This document shows, in pieces, positions 1-8,280 of a stretch of DNA of 64,000 bases. The position numbers and the translations under genes are program-made. Positions within the stretch are counted from its first letter, which is position 1; the number at the start of each line of letters is the position of its first letter. Source of the stretch: an uncultured archaeon (GTDB taxonomy: Archaea; Asgardarchaeota; Lokiarchaeia; Sigyniarchaeales; SOKP01); contig CAZOYD010000015.1 in assembly GCA_964583985.1 (NCBI GenBank), positions 1 through 64,000 on the forward strand, written 5' to 3'. Below the pieces are notes generated by a model. That model was not told the origin of the DNA. It saw only the letters and a program-made list of their open reading frames with translations, and did not search any database.

Positions 1-342
1 TGTTATTCCGTTGGAAAGCATAATACCCGCGATAAGAATATCATTATCATCAATTCCATTGCCTTTCAATTCAAGGATATCATAGATTTCAGCAGCTTTT
101 TCTGCTTCCTTATATCCTAAAGTAAAAATCTCCATGCTGCTAATAAATTCTACCCAGATTTTATATAATTCATTATATCTTTTTTCTGATATTTTTCTCT
201 TTGTACGTTCTAACCCAATTTTAACTTCATATACTGTGATTGATGTAATGTATATAAAATCTTCTTGTTCTGTGATAACCTTTTGAATTTCATCACTTCC
301 ATTTAAATAATCGATACAAGCATTCGTATCAAGAATAATCAA
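1..342 (-). CDS. vapC: VapC-family PIN-domain toxin (partial, runs off the left window edge)
   Basis: Manual translation from TTG at 342 gives LIILDTNACIDYLNG...ITSITVYEV...IDDNDILIAGIMLSNGIT, with PIN motifs (DTN, E, D-x-L-I-A). It starts just downstream of the antitoxin stop at 344-346. Confidence 0.85.
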   Translation of the reverse strand, partial: MIILDTNACIDYLNGSDEIQKVITEQEDFIYITSITVYEVKIGLERTKRKISEKRYNELYKIWVEFISSMEIFTLGYKEAEKAAEIYDILELKGNGIDDNDILIAGIMLSNGIT

Positions 343-343
343 T

Positions 344-577
344 TTAATTCACCAAGTTTAGTTTTTTCCAATTACGCCCTGATCGACCGGTAATATCACT
401 CCAAATCTCTTTCTTTTCTTCTTCTGAAAAATTCCACGCACCGAAACAATTTTCTAATTTAACTTTTTGAATTTTGAGCAACCTTAAGAATAACTCTGAG
501 AAACTTTCATCCTCTTTTTTAATTTTCAAGAGTTTATGATATACTTCTTCAGTTATACTAATATTTTTCGATGTCAT
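344..577 (-). CDS. vapB: VapB-family antitoxin (archaeal DUF217 type)
   Basis: MTSKNISITEEVYHKLLKIKKEDESFSELFLRLL is a typical archaeal antitoxin N-terminus. The likely start is the ATG at 577, and the gene lies directly upstream of the PIN toxin. Confidence 0.85.
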   Translation of the reverse strand: MTSKNISITEEVYHKLLKIKKEDESFSELFLRLLKIQKVKLENCFGAWNFSEEEKKEIWSDITGRSGRNWKKLNLVN

Positions 578-1093
578 ATGAATGCATATATACATACACA
601 TATTTAAAAATAATCCTGATAAAGTTCTAATTTAACCTTTAGAATGGAAGGTCACTTCACGTTCAGTTTCTAATGAAATTTCCATGGTAATTTTATTACT
701 AATTTGAATGTCATTTTGGATATCATTATGAAAGTATTGATAAAGCCGAGGAAAATAGCAAATTTTCATTTTTTTTAAACTTTGAAATTGAATCCTTTAT
801 AGCAAATAAAATCGAGAGGGATTTATGAACTGAAAGAAATTAACAAGGAAAAAAATGCACCTTGTGCTAACAGATTAGAAATAAAGGAAAATGGAAATTG
901 TGTTTATAATCTTATTTATAATCGAAAATAAGTTCCTAATTCTTTAAATCTTGAAGAGATGGGATACCTTACTAATGAAATGTATCAGTTGAAATAATTC
1001 AGAGAGATAATTTAGAGAAGTTTAGAAATGCTATTAGAAAATTAATTCTCTTTAATTTTTAGAAAAAATAAAATATTTTAGAAGTTTTAGTTG

Positions 1094-2344
1094 TTACAAC
1101 CATCCTCTTAGTTTCATGGCATTAACAACTCTATCAACGGAGATACTGTAGGCTCCCATCCTATTATGGGTATTGTAGTGTTTAGCATGGTCAACAGTGG
1201 ATCGATAAGCATTCGTCATGACTCTATCAAGAGCTGCGAAAACTTCCTTTTCTGTCCAGAAATAGAGATAATAACCCTGCACCATTTCAAAATATGAAAC
1301 AGTAACGCCTCCTGCGTTGCAAAGAAAGTCCGGAATCACGAGTATGTCATTCTGAAAAAGAATTTCATCTGCTGCTGGTGTTGTTGGACCATTTGCAAGT
1401 TCGGCTATGATTTTTGTTTTTACATTTTTAGCATTTTCTTGCGTGATTTGATTTTCAAGGGCAGCTGGAATTAAAATATCGCACTCTAATTCTATAATTT
1501 CTTCATTTGAGATTTCTTGGGTTCCATTTAATCCCACAACGGTTCTTGTTTTTTCTTTCTGCTCAGCTGCCTTATGAGGATCAATGCCGTTTTTATTAAA
1601 AATACCACCTTTTGAATCAGAAACTCCGATAATCTTGCATCCAAATGTATCATATAGAATTTTCGCGGCCCAAGAGCCTGCATTGCCATATCCTTGAACT
1701 ACTACAGTTGCATTCTTTAAATCGAGGTCTATATCATTTGCTGCTTCTCTTATACAATATACACCTCCTTGTGCGGTAGCAATGGATCGACCGGCACTTC
1801 CTCCAATTGCCAATGGTTTGCCCGTTATTATCGATGGAGCATGTTTTCTAACAATGTTTTCATATTCATCCATCATGTAGGCCATTATTTGTGGCGTAGT
1901 ATATACATCGGGTGCAGGAACATCAACTAGAGGACCGAGAACATCAGCTATTTTCCGTATATAAGCTCTTGCTAGTCTTTCAATTTCTCCATTGCTCATT
2001 TCCTTGGGATTACAAATAATCCCTCCTTTAGCCCCACCTAATGGTATATCAACCACGGCGGTCTTCCATGTCATCCAAGCACTCAAAGCCTTTACAAGTG
2101 AAGCACTTTCTTCTGGATGCCATCGGATTCCCCCCTTCATTGGGCCTCTAGCAGAATTATATTGAGATCTGAATCCTCGGAATGTATTTAATGTGCCATC
2201 ATCCATTCTCAAGGGAATGCTTATTTCTACAAATCTTTGTGGCTGGCTTAAGGCATTATACGTATTTTTGTCAATTCCAAGTAATTTACACGCATCCCAA
2301 AGTTGAGTTTGTGAAATTTGAAACGGATCGAGATTTTCACTCAT
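1094..2344 (-). CDS. gdhA: Glutamate dehydrogenase (Glu/Leu/Phe/Val family), paralog 1
   Basis: [37 protein letters not shown] and [11 protein letters not shown] motifs. Start placed at MSENLDPF (ATG at 2344). Confidence 0.95.
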   Translation of the reverse strand: MSENLDPFQISQTQLWDACKLLGIDKNTYNALSQPQRFVEISIPLRMDDGTLNTFRGFRSQYNSARGPMKGGIRWHPEESASLVKALSAWMTWKTAVVDIPLGGAKGGIICNPKEMSNGEIERLARAYIRKIADVLGPLVDVPAPDVYTTPQIMAYMMDEYENIVRKHAPSIITGKPLAIGGSAGRSIATAQGGVYCIREAANDIDLDLKNATVVVQGYGNAGSWAAKILYDTFGCKIIGVSDSKGGIFNKNGIDPHKAAEQKEKTRTVVGLNGTQEISNEEIIELECDILIPAALENQITQENAKNVKTKIIAELANGPTTPAADEILFQNDILVIPDFLCNAGGVTVSYFEMVQGYYLYFWTEKEVFAALDRVMTNAYRSTVDHAKHYNTHNRMGAYSISVDRVVNAMKLRGWL

Positions 2345-2443
2345 TTTTCTTTCTACCAAGTTAACTATTTAATATTTTTGTATAATAAGATATTAAACAA
2401 ATTTTAGAATTTAAATTTCTTTAATTAGATTCGTTTAATTGAT

Positions 2444-2496
2444 GGGAAAATTTTGGGCAAGCGGGATTTAAGGGTATTGGGTACATATATTTAGGG
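2444..2496 (+). promoter_or_regulatory. Six GGG tracts (putative G-quadruplex or repeated operator) in the divergent gdh promoter region
   Basis: GGG aaaatttt GGG caagc GGG atttaa GGG tatt GGG tacatatattta GGG lies within a very AT-rich spacer. Tracts 2-5 fit the G3N1-7 pattern. Confidence 0.45.
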
Positions 2497-2608
2497 TTGA
2501 GCGAGTAATCAAATAAACTGTAAAAAAAATTAAATAGAATCCGAAAAATTTTATTCACAATAAACATGTATTCATTTGAAAATAGAATTACATGAGAAAA
2601 GGTAAAAT

Positions 2609-3871
2609 ATGAAAATGAGTGATGAAATCAATCCGTTTGATGTAGCTAAAACTCAAATTGATATAGTTGCTAAAGAAATTGGTTTGGATCCCAACGTGAG
2701 AGAATATTTAAAAAGAATAGAAAGAGCACTAATAGTTACGATTCCAATAATGATGGATGATGGTTCGATGCAAATATTTGAAGGATATCGAGTCCATCAT
2801 TCAACGGTGAGAGGTCCTGGAAAGGGAGGTATTAGATACTCTCCTCATGTTTATTTAGATGAAGTAAAAGCACTTGCAACTTGGATGACGTGGAAAACGA
2901 GTCTTCTGAATCTTCCATTAGGGGGTGCCAAGGGAGGCGTGTGTGTCGATCCAAAAAAGTTATCGAATAAAGAACTTGAACGATTAACTCGAAGGTATAC
3001 GGCAGAGATAATTAATTTTATCGGACCAGACATCGATATTCCCGCTCCTGATGTTGGTACTGATAAGAAAATAATGGCTTGGATTATGGATGTATATTCA
3101 ATGCAGAAGGGAAGAACTATTCCCGGTGTGGTGACTGGAAAGCCGATAGAAATTGGTGGGAGCGTGGGGAGAGAACCTGCTACAGGTATGGGATTATTTT
3201 TTGTATTGGAAGCGTTATGTGAAAAGTTAAGCTTAAAATTAGAAGACCAATCGATTGTGATACAAGGGTTTGGTAATGTAGGCGGCACCATTGCCCAAAT
3301 ACTCTATGATCATGGATGCAAAATTCTTGCCGTTTCAGACATCTCTACTGCGATTTATAGCAAATCGGGATTAAATGTCACTAAATTATTGAATTGGGTA
3401 AGCCAGGGTAATTATCTCAAGGATTATAAAGAAGAAAACTATCAATTCATTACTAACGATGAACTTCTCACATTAAAATGTAATGTATTGGTACCTGCTG
3501 CTATAGAAAATCAGATCACGCAACAAAATGCAGATCGAATTAATTGCCAAATTGTACTAGAAGGAGCAAATGGACCCGTAATCCCCGAAGCCGATAAAAT
3601 CTTGTTTAATAAAGGGATTCATGTAGTTCCTGATATCTTAGCTAATAGTGGAGGTGTGTGCGTGAGCTATTTTGAATATATCCAAGATATACATTCTTAC
3701 TTTTGGAAATTGGACAGAATTAATGAAGAATTAAAGCGAATAATCATCGAAGCATTTGAAGAAACTTATAAAATATCAAGGGAGCGAAAAATTTCGCTCA
3801 GGACTGCTGCCTATGTCATAGCGGTATCTAGAGTTGCCAGAGCTATTGAATTAAGGGGTATTTTCCCTTAA
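2609..3871 (+). CDS. gdhA: Glutamate dehydrogenase, paralog 2
   Basis: KGGIRYSP, MTWK, GGAKGG, DIPAPD, QGFGNVG, EGANGP and NSGGVCVSYFE motifs. Confidence 0.95.
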   Translation: MKMSDEINPFDVAKTQIDIVAKEIGLDPNVREYLKRIERALIVTIPIMMDDGSMQIFEGYRVHHSTVRGPGKGGIRYSPHVYLDEVKALATWMTWKTSLLNLPLGGAKGGVCVDPKKLSNKELERLTRRYTAEIINFIGPDIDIPAPDVGTDKKIMAWIMDVYSMQKGRTIPGVVTGKPIEIGGSVGREPATGMGLFFVLEALCEKLSLKLEDQSIVIQGFGNVGGTIAQILYDHGCKILAVSDISTAIYSKSGLNVTKLLNWVSQGNYLKDYKEENYQFITNDELLTLKCNVLVPAAIENQITQQNADRINCQIVLEGANGPVIPEADKILFNKGIHVVPDILANSGGVCVSYFEYIQDIHSYFWKLDRINEELKRIIIEAFEETYKISRERKISLRTAAYVIAVSRVARAIELRGIFP

Positions 3872-3881
3872 TAGTCTTCTT

Positions 3882-5246
3882 TTATTTTTTAAACATTGGC
3901 AATAAGATCAATATGATAAGACCTATAACACAACCAAAAAATATGATCATAAATATAAAATACGTTAAAGCTAAAAGATATAATAAAGAGAGTCCAATAT
4001 GAATAGTTGCAAACATAGCTCCAGTTTTCAATAATCTTTTGTAGGAGAGATTTTCTACACCAGAATCTTGAGCAACTTTTAAAGTCATCATATCAGCAGC
4101 GGCTCCTTGTGGGATAAGATTGCCACCTAAGTTTATAGCAATTATAAAAGCAAATAATAAGGGTATTTCTGGGAAGTTAAAATCAGTAATTAGAGTTTGT
4201 ATGATTGGTATAAAAATTAATGCTGTAGGTGTATTAGCAACTACACCTGAGACAAGACTAACCAATATTAGGATAATGACTCCCAATACTGCGGGATCTA
4301 ATAATTGAAATGGTATCCCGCTGAAGATTTCTGTAAAACCAACTCTTCCCATTGCACCTACGATTACATATAGAGCGATGAAGAAAAATATAATTTCCCA
4401 TTCTATATCTTTTAGCAGATCACCCATTAATTTTTTTGTAAATCGTCTATTTGATAAGACAAGGATTAAAGCGGCAATAATTGCTGTTAGGTATAATAAA
4501 GGAAGGATAGCAAATAGGGTAATGGTGATAATGATTGCAAAGCTGTTAAAGTAAAACATTTTTTTATTTTTTATCATTATATCTGCATCAACTAATTCAA
4601 GAACAAATCTTTTCTGTTGGTCTTCAATTTTCGGTTCTTTCGATAACACGAATCGATCCATAATATATATGGTAGTGAATAATAAAAAAAGTGAAAATAT
4701 CCAATAATTCTGGATAAAATATTCAGTAGTAAGATTAAAAGCACTTGAAATTATAATATTTTCCCCACTCGAGAATGGAGTTATGATAGAACCTATATTT
4801 ATGCAAATAGTCATTCCTAATAGGTAAGTACCAGATCGAATTTTTAAGAAATGGCAAAGCCTAACAACCACTGGTGCTAAAATTAAAACCACCACAACAT
4901 CCGTAATAACAGCAGCCAGAAACGTTGTTATAATGCACAGTAAATAGAAAAATGTTTTTTGATTTCCTCGGGAAAGTTTAAATAATTTAACAGCAATAAA
5001 TTCTAATACATTTGAATCCTGAGCGATTTTTGTAATAATACTCATACTTAATATAATAAGGATTGCTTCCCAGTTCACCATGCTAATAAAAACATTTAAA
5101 TCAAGTCCAAGTTTCAATCCCGTAATTGTTGCTCCATAAAACATGCATAATAAAGAAATGGCAACGAAATCTAAATCTTTAAATGAATAGCTAAGAATAA
5201 TAAGGAAAAACATCAAGAAAAGCAATATTAGTAAAGGAAGATCCAT
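3882..5246 (-). CDS. ArsB/NhaD/SLC13-like ion or anion permease
   Basis: Highly hydrophobic 454 aa protein with NIGSIITPFSSGENII and NLGGNLIPQGAAAD hairpin motifs of the IT superfamily. Confidence 0.8.
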   Translation of the reverse strand: MDLPLLILLFLMFFLIILSYSFKDLDFVAISLLCMFYGATITGLKLGLDLNVFISMVNWEAILIILSMSIITKIAQDSNVLEFIAVKLFKLSRGNQKTFFYLLCIITTFLAAVITDVVVVLILAPVVVRLCHFLKIRSGTYLLGMTICINIGSIITPFSSGENIIISSAFNLTTEYFIQNYWIFSLFLLFTTIYIMDRFVLSKEPKIEDQQKRFVLELVDADIMIKNKKMFYFNSFAIIITITLFAILPLLYLTAIIAALILVLSNRRFTKKLMGDLLKDIEWEIIFFFIALYVIVGAMGRVGFTEIFSGIPFQLLDPAVLGVIILILVSLVSGVVANTPTALIFIPIIQTLITDFNFPEIPLLFAFIIAINLGGNLIPQGAAADMMTLKVAQDSGVENLSYKRLLKTGAMFATIHIGLSLLYLLALTYFIFMIIFFGCVIGLIILILLPMFKK

Positions 5247-5426
5247 CGATATTCAGCTTTCTGAATGTATTAACTTAATAATAGTGTTAAGAAATAGTTT
5301 TTAATAAACCTAATTGAAATGAAGGTTTTTTCAAAATAAGATTTGGAGGAACCAAAAATTACATCCTTTTGATGTACTGTGATTACTCTGAAGAAAATTT
5401 GGCTAAATCGTGATAAAATCTACAAT

Positions 5427-6272
5427 CTATCTGTGTAAAAAGACTTGTATGAGAAATTTAAATAAGTTTAATTCGTTTAAAAGAGACATATTTGATATTA
5501 AATAATCAAAAATATTCTCCTTTAGAAAATAATGTAAAGCGCGTTCAAATCCTTCTTCAGTTTTTAACATTTGAGTAATTCTTCTTATTAAATTAATTAT
5601 TTGTTTTTCCACGACTAACATATCGCAATTACCAGGATTTATACTAATAATATTAATCCCCGCATTACGATCAAATGATAATTTACTAAGTTCTTCATTA
5701 TCCTTCACATATTCATGGCTTAAATAATTTTTGAACATGTTTTCAATCTTAAAATAAATTTTCTCTTTCTTTAAAGGAGATACATGGGCTTCAACTACAT
5801 TTATTAGTAGATTAAGAATTTGTTGAAATACTCCCAAAATGTTATAATATTCTGCTAAGCTGGATACTCCTTCTGCAGTAAGCCATTGTTGGTAATATTC
5901 ATCAATTGTGTTTTTAAAGGGAAGAAAAAGATCAGTATTGCCCTTCCAAGAATGGACCCATTCCCCTCTATCAGGTATGTATTGTTGAATAAACGCTTGT
6001 TTTATGACATTTAACCTGGCTTTTAACATGTCTGAATTTACACTCTTTTCTGAAGCGCCAATGAAAAGTAAGTTTAACTCTTTCTCATCTAAATAAACCC
6101 ACCGTAATCCACCCATCTCTATACTTTCAATCCCCTCTTGAAACTCAAATATTGTAAATTGATTTAATGCAGCCAACAATCCACTTACAAGATCCTCATC
6201 CAATGGTAAATCTAAATATGATTTATATAGTAAAGTAATTCCGGATTCAGAATCTAACACCCATACATTCAT
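5427..6272 (-). CDS. Longin-like domain protein (Asgard type)
   Basis: N-terminus VWVLDSESGITLLYKSY...DEDLVSGLLAALNQF...IESIEMGGLRWVY...LLFIGAS...LNVIKQAFIQQY follows the longin/roadblock-type beta-beta-alpha-beta-beta-beta-alpha pattern, followed by a helical C-terminal domain. Confidence 0.7.
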   Translation of the reverse strand: MNVWVLDSESGITLLYKSYLDLPLDEDLVSGLLAALNQFTIFEFQEGIESIEMGGLRWVYLDEKELNLLFIGASEKSVNSDMLKARLNVIKQAFIQQYIPDRGEWVHSWKGNTDLFLPFKNTIDEYYQQWLTAEGVSSLAEYYNILGVFQQILNLLINVVEAHVSPLKKEKIYFKIENMFKNYLSHEYVKDNEELSKLSFDRNAGINIISINPGNCDMLVVEKQIINLIRRITQMLKTEEGFERALHYFLKENIFDYLISNMSLLNELNLFKFLIQVFLHR

Positions 6273-6355
6273 ATTTAATACCTCTTACCTGATATTTATT
6301 CTAAATTAAATAATATAATGTTCCGTGTAGAAAAAAATCTTTTGAATTTAATAGT

Positions 6356-6850
6356 TCAAGTATTATGTAGAAATTCATTTATATTCCTTGTTTTACAATG
6401 TTTTTCGAGGTTTCTTAACATATCGGAAATTTTTAACTGAAACGTCATGTCAGCAGCTCCACCCAGCAATTTTATGAAATCATTAGTAAAGATAAGGGTA
6501 TCAATAAATACACCCACTTTTGATTTGGTAGGCGATAATTTCTTAATCCGCAATCTCCCTTCTAGTTTTTGAACTTGTTCATTATTTCTAATATTCAATT
6601 CAATTAAATGACCTTTTCCTGCTTCTTCTCCCTTATCAGAAAGAACTATTTCAGTATCCATCTCAATTGGAACATTTACAATTTTTATCTGATCATGAAT
6701 TTTACTACGCATTACGTTAGGTGCTATGAATTCTACTTCAATTTTTTGTACGGGAGCGATTTTTTCCCACAAGTTCGGAGTATAAATTGCTTTTATTAAA
6801 TCATCCGCATTGCAATTTTCAATCTCTAAAATTTTCGAGATATTTGTCAT
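6356..6850 (-). CDS. Hypothetical protein, possible SRPBCC/START-like fold
   Basis: 164 aa with an N-terminal strand-helix (ADDLIKAIYTPNLWEKIAP), alternating beta pattern and a C-terminal helix (ISDMLRNLEKHC), consistent with the SRPBCC layout. Confidence 0.45.
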   Translation of the reverse strand: MTNISKILEIENCNADDLIKAIYTPNLWEKIAPVQKIEVEFIAPNVMRSKIHDQIKIVNVPIEMDTEIVLSDKGEEAGKGHLIELNIRNNEQVQKLEGRLRIKKLSPTKSKVGVFIDTLIFTNDFIKLLGGAADMTFQLKISDMLRNLEKHCKTRNINEFLHNT

Positions 6851-6940
6851 TATCCTTCATCTTCTCTCTGATTTTAATATTAAATTAAAAAATGGAATGT
6901 TTTTATTTTTTATCCTCCAAATTCAAAACACTAAACAAGA

Positions 6941-7022
6941 TAATAAGCCTCAGCCTTCCTTTGATTATTTCATGCATATAGACCATAAATCATAATCGTT
7001 TTGTTTCATCACAGGCTTATCA
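6941..7022 (-). ncRNA. Box C/D (k-turn) small RNA candidate
   Basis: Minus strand reads 5'-tgataagcc t GTGATGA ... CTGA ggcttatta-3'. Box C is at 7012-7006 and box D at 6953-6950, closed by a 7-9 bp terminal stem with a canonical 3-nt k-turn bulge. Internal ATGA and TGA may be D' and C'. Confidence 0.7.
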
Positions 7023-7070
7023 GTTTCACTATTCTTTATAAGAGTGTTATATAGAGCATTTATGTAAAAA

Positions 7071-7271
7071 TTAACCATTCCTAAATAGCATGCTGTTTTT
7101 TAATGGTAATTCTTTCTTGCAGTTGGGACATATCCACGTAGCTTCATTTTTTTTAACCGAATTTATACATGAATCACATATAGTGATGTCACAAATGCAA
7201 TAATATGATTTTTCAATACTATTCTTTAAATTTTTCTTACATATAAAACAATTAGGTGGCGTTGCAGACAT
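7071..7271 (-). CDS. Stand-alone C4C4 RING-like zinc finger protein
   Basis: Cys spacing is C-x2-C-x13-C-x-C-x4-C-x2-C-x12-C-x2-C, ending in CPNCKKEL. Confidence 0.8.
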   Translation of the reverse strand: MSATPPNCFICKKNLKNSIEKSYYCICDITICDSCINSVKKNEATWICPNCKKELPLKNSMLFRNG

Positions 7272-7360
7272 TTATGATCTGACCATCAGACTTTTTTTAT
7301 TAATTTCTAATATACATATATAGTATAGTTTTAAAAAATATATCATTTAATTTCTATATC

Positions 7361-7552
7361 ATGGATAAGTTAAAATCTCGTGTTCAGTTGTTGAGTCTAT
7401 TAAGTTTATTTTTAATTTATCGAGCGATCTCGTCTATAATTTCAAATAAATTATCCGAATTCTTCCTATGGATTATGTTCACTGCAATTTATTTAATCTC
7501 ATTAATAATTTTGTATTTCTTATTCAGAAAAGCTAATGCTCAATCGATATAA
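7361..7552 (+). CDS. Small membrane protein (2 TM)
   Basis: 63 aa ORF with two hydrophobic segments and a basic C-terminus; it fills an intergenic gap. Confidence 0.55.
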   Translation: MDKLKSRVQLLSLLSLFLIYRAISSIISNKLSEFFLWIMFTAIYLISLIILYFLFRKANAQSI

Positions 7553-7570
7553 GCCATTTTATCGAGATAT

Positions 7571-7837
7571 TTATTTTTTCCTCTTGAAAAAATCAGGAAT
7601 AACACCATCAATTCCAAGAGATTTTAGTACAGTATCGCGAATATCAATTTGAATTTTCATCTCTTCAATGGTTTTCAAAGTTTCTGCTAATGTTTTAGAG
7701 AAATTTTCACTCAAATCTTTTATCGTATCAGATATTAGTTTCATGGACTCTCGCATGGTAGTGTTTGTTTCATGTAATTCTAATGTAAGTTCTGACATGC
7801 TTTTTCCCAATTCTGATAATCGCTCTTTAATCCCCAT
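7571..7837 (-). CDS. Small coiled-coil/amphipathic helical protein
   Basis: 88 aa with heptad-like periodicity (LSELGKSMSELTLELHETNTTMRESMKLISDTIKDLSENF). Confidence 0.65.
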   Translation of the reverse strand: MGIKERLSELGKSMSELTLELHETNTTMRESMKLISDTIKDLSENFSKTLAETLKTIEEMKIQIDIRDTVLKSLGIDGVIPDFFKRKK

Positions 7838-8010
7838 GGTTTATGGAAGTATTTTTATTAATTTTAACTTATGAATTAATAATAATAAGGTATATTCCTA
7901 TATAAAGAATCGATTCCATTACAATAATTTATATTATCTTTCATAACAAGAATGCTTATATGATCTTAATATTTCTACTATCATAATCAATAACAGAAAT
8001 TATAGGAAAA

Positions 8011-8157
8011 ATGTCAGAATGGAAGAATAAGATTAAATCTCATGCTTCTAATACAGAAGAAGGGTCCTACTGTACTGGATGAGGCATTATTGATGGCATT
8101 CTTAATGGCATTAGTGCGATTAGACAAAGAAAAAATGCTAAAAAATCGAAAAATTAA
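8011..8157 (+). CDS. Candidate 48-aa protein with in-frame TGA (possible selenoprotein, YCTGUG)
   Basis: ATG at 8011 follows an AGGA and gives MSEWKNKIKSHASNTEEGSYCTG-TGA(8080-8082)-GIIDGILNGISAIRQRKNAKKSKN-TAA. No convincing SECIS was found downstream. Confidence 0.35.
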
Positions 8158-8280
8158 ATACAAACATTCTCGAAAATTAAACCGATAAATGATAGGGTTT
8201 TGTTTTTACTGTCCTGCTCGGACTGGAGAATTTTAAGATATTCCATTGTTATATTTTCTTAAAACACTATTAAATTAATT

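Noticed and set aside
2851-3291. 146-aa antisense ORF inside gdh paralog 2, plus similar shadow ORFs (e.g. 11920-12414, 34461-34787, 48541-49383)
   Set aside because: They lie entirely opposite well-supported genes, have no motifs, and are explained by the codon bias of the sense strand.
5318-5392. Second possible C/D RNA (ATGAAG...CTGA) between the permease and longin genes
   Set aside because: Box C is degenerate and there is no terminal stem with k-turn geometry.
8166-8232. Hairpin downstream of the TGA-containing ORF as a canonical SECIS or H/ACA RNA
   Set aside because: ATGA is present, but there is no properly placed 3' GA with a continuous helix II, no apical AA, and no ACA box on either strand. 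It is kept only as a caveat in the selenoprotein finding.
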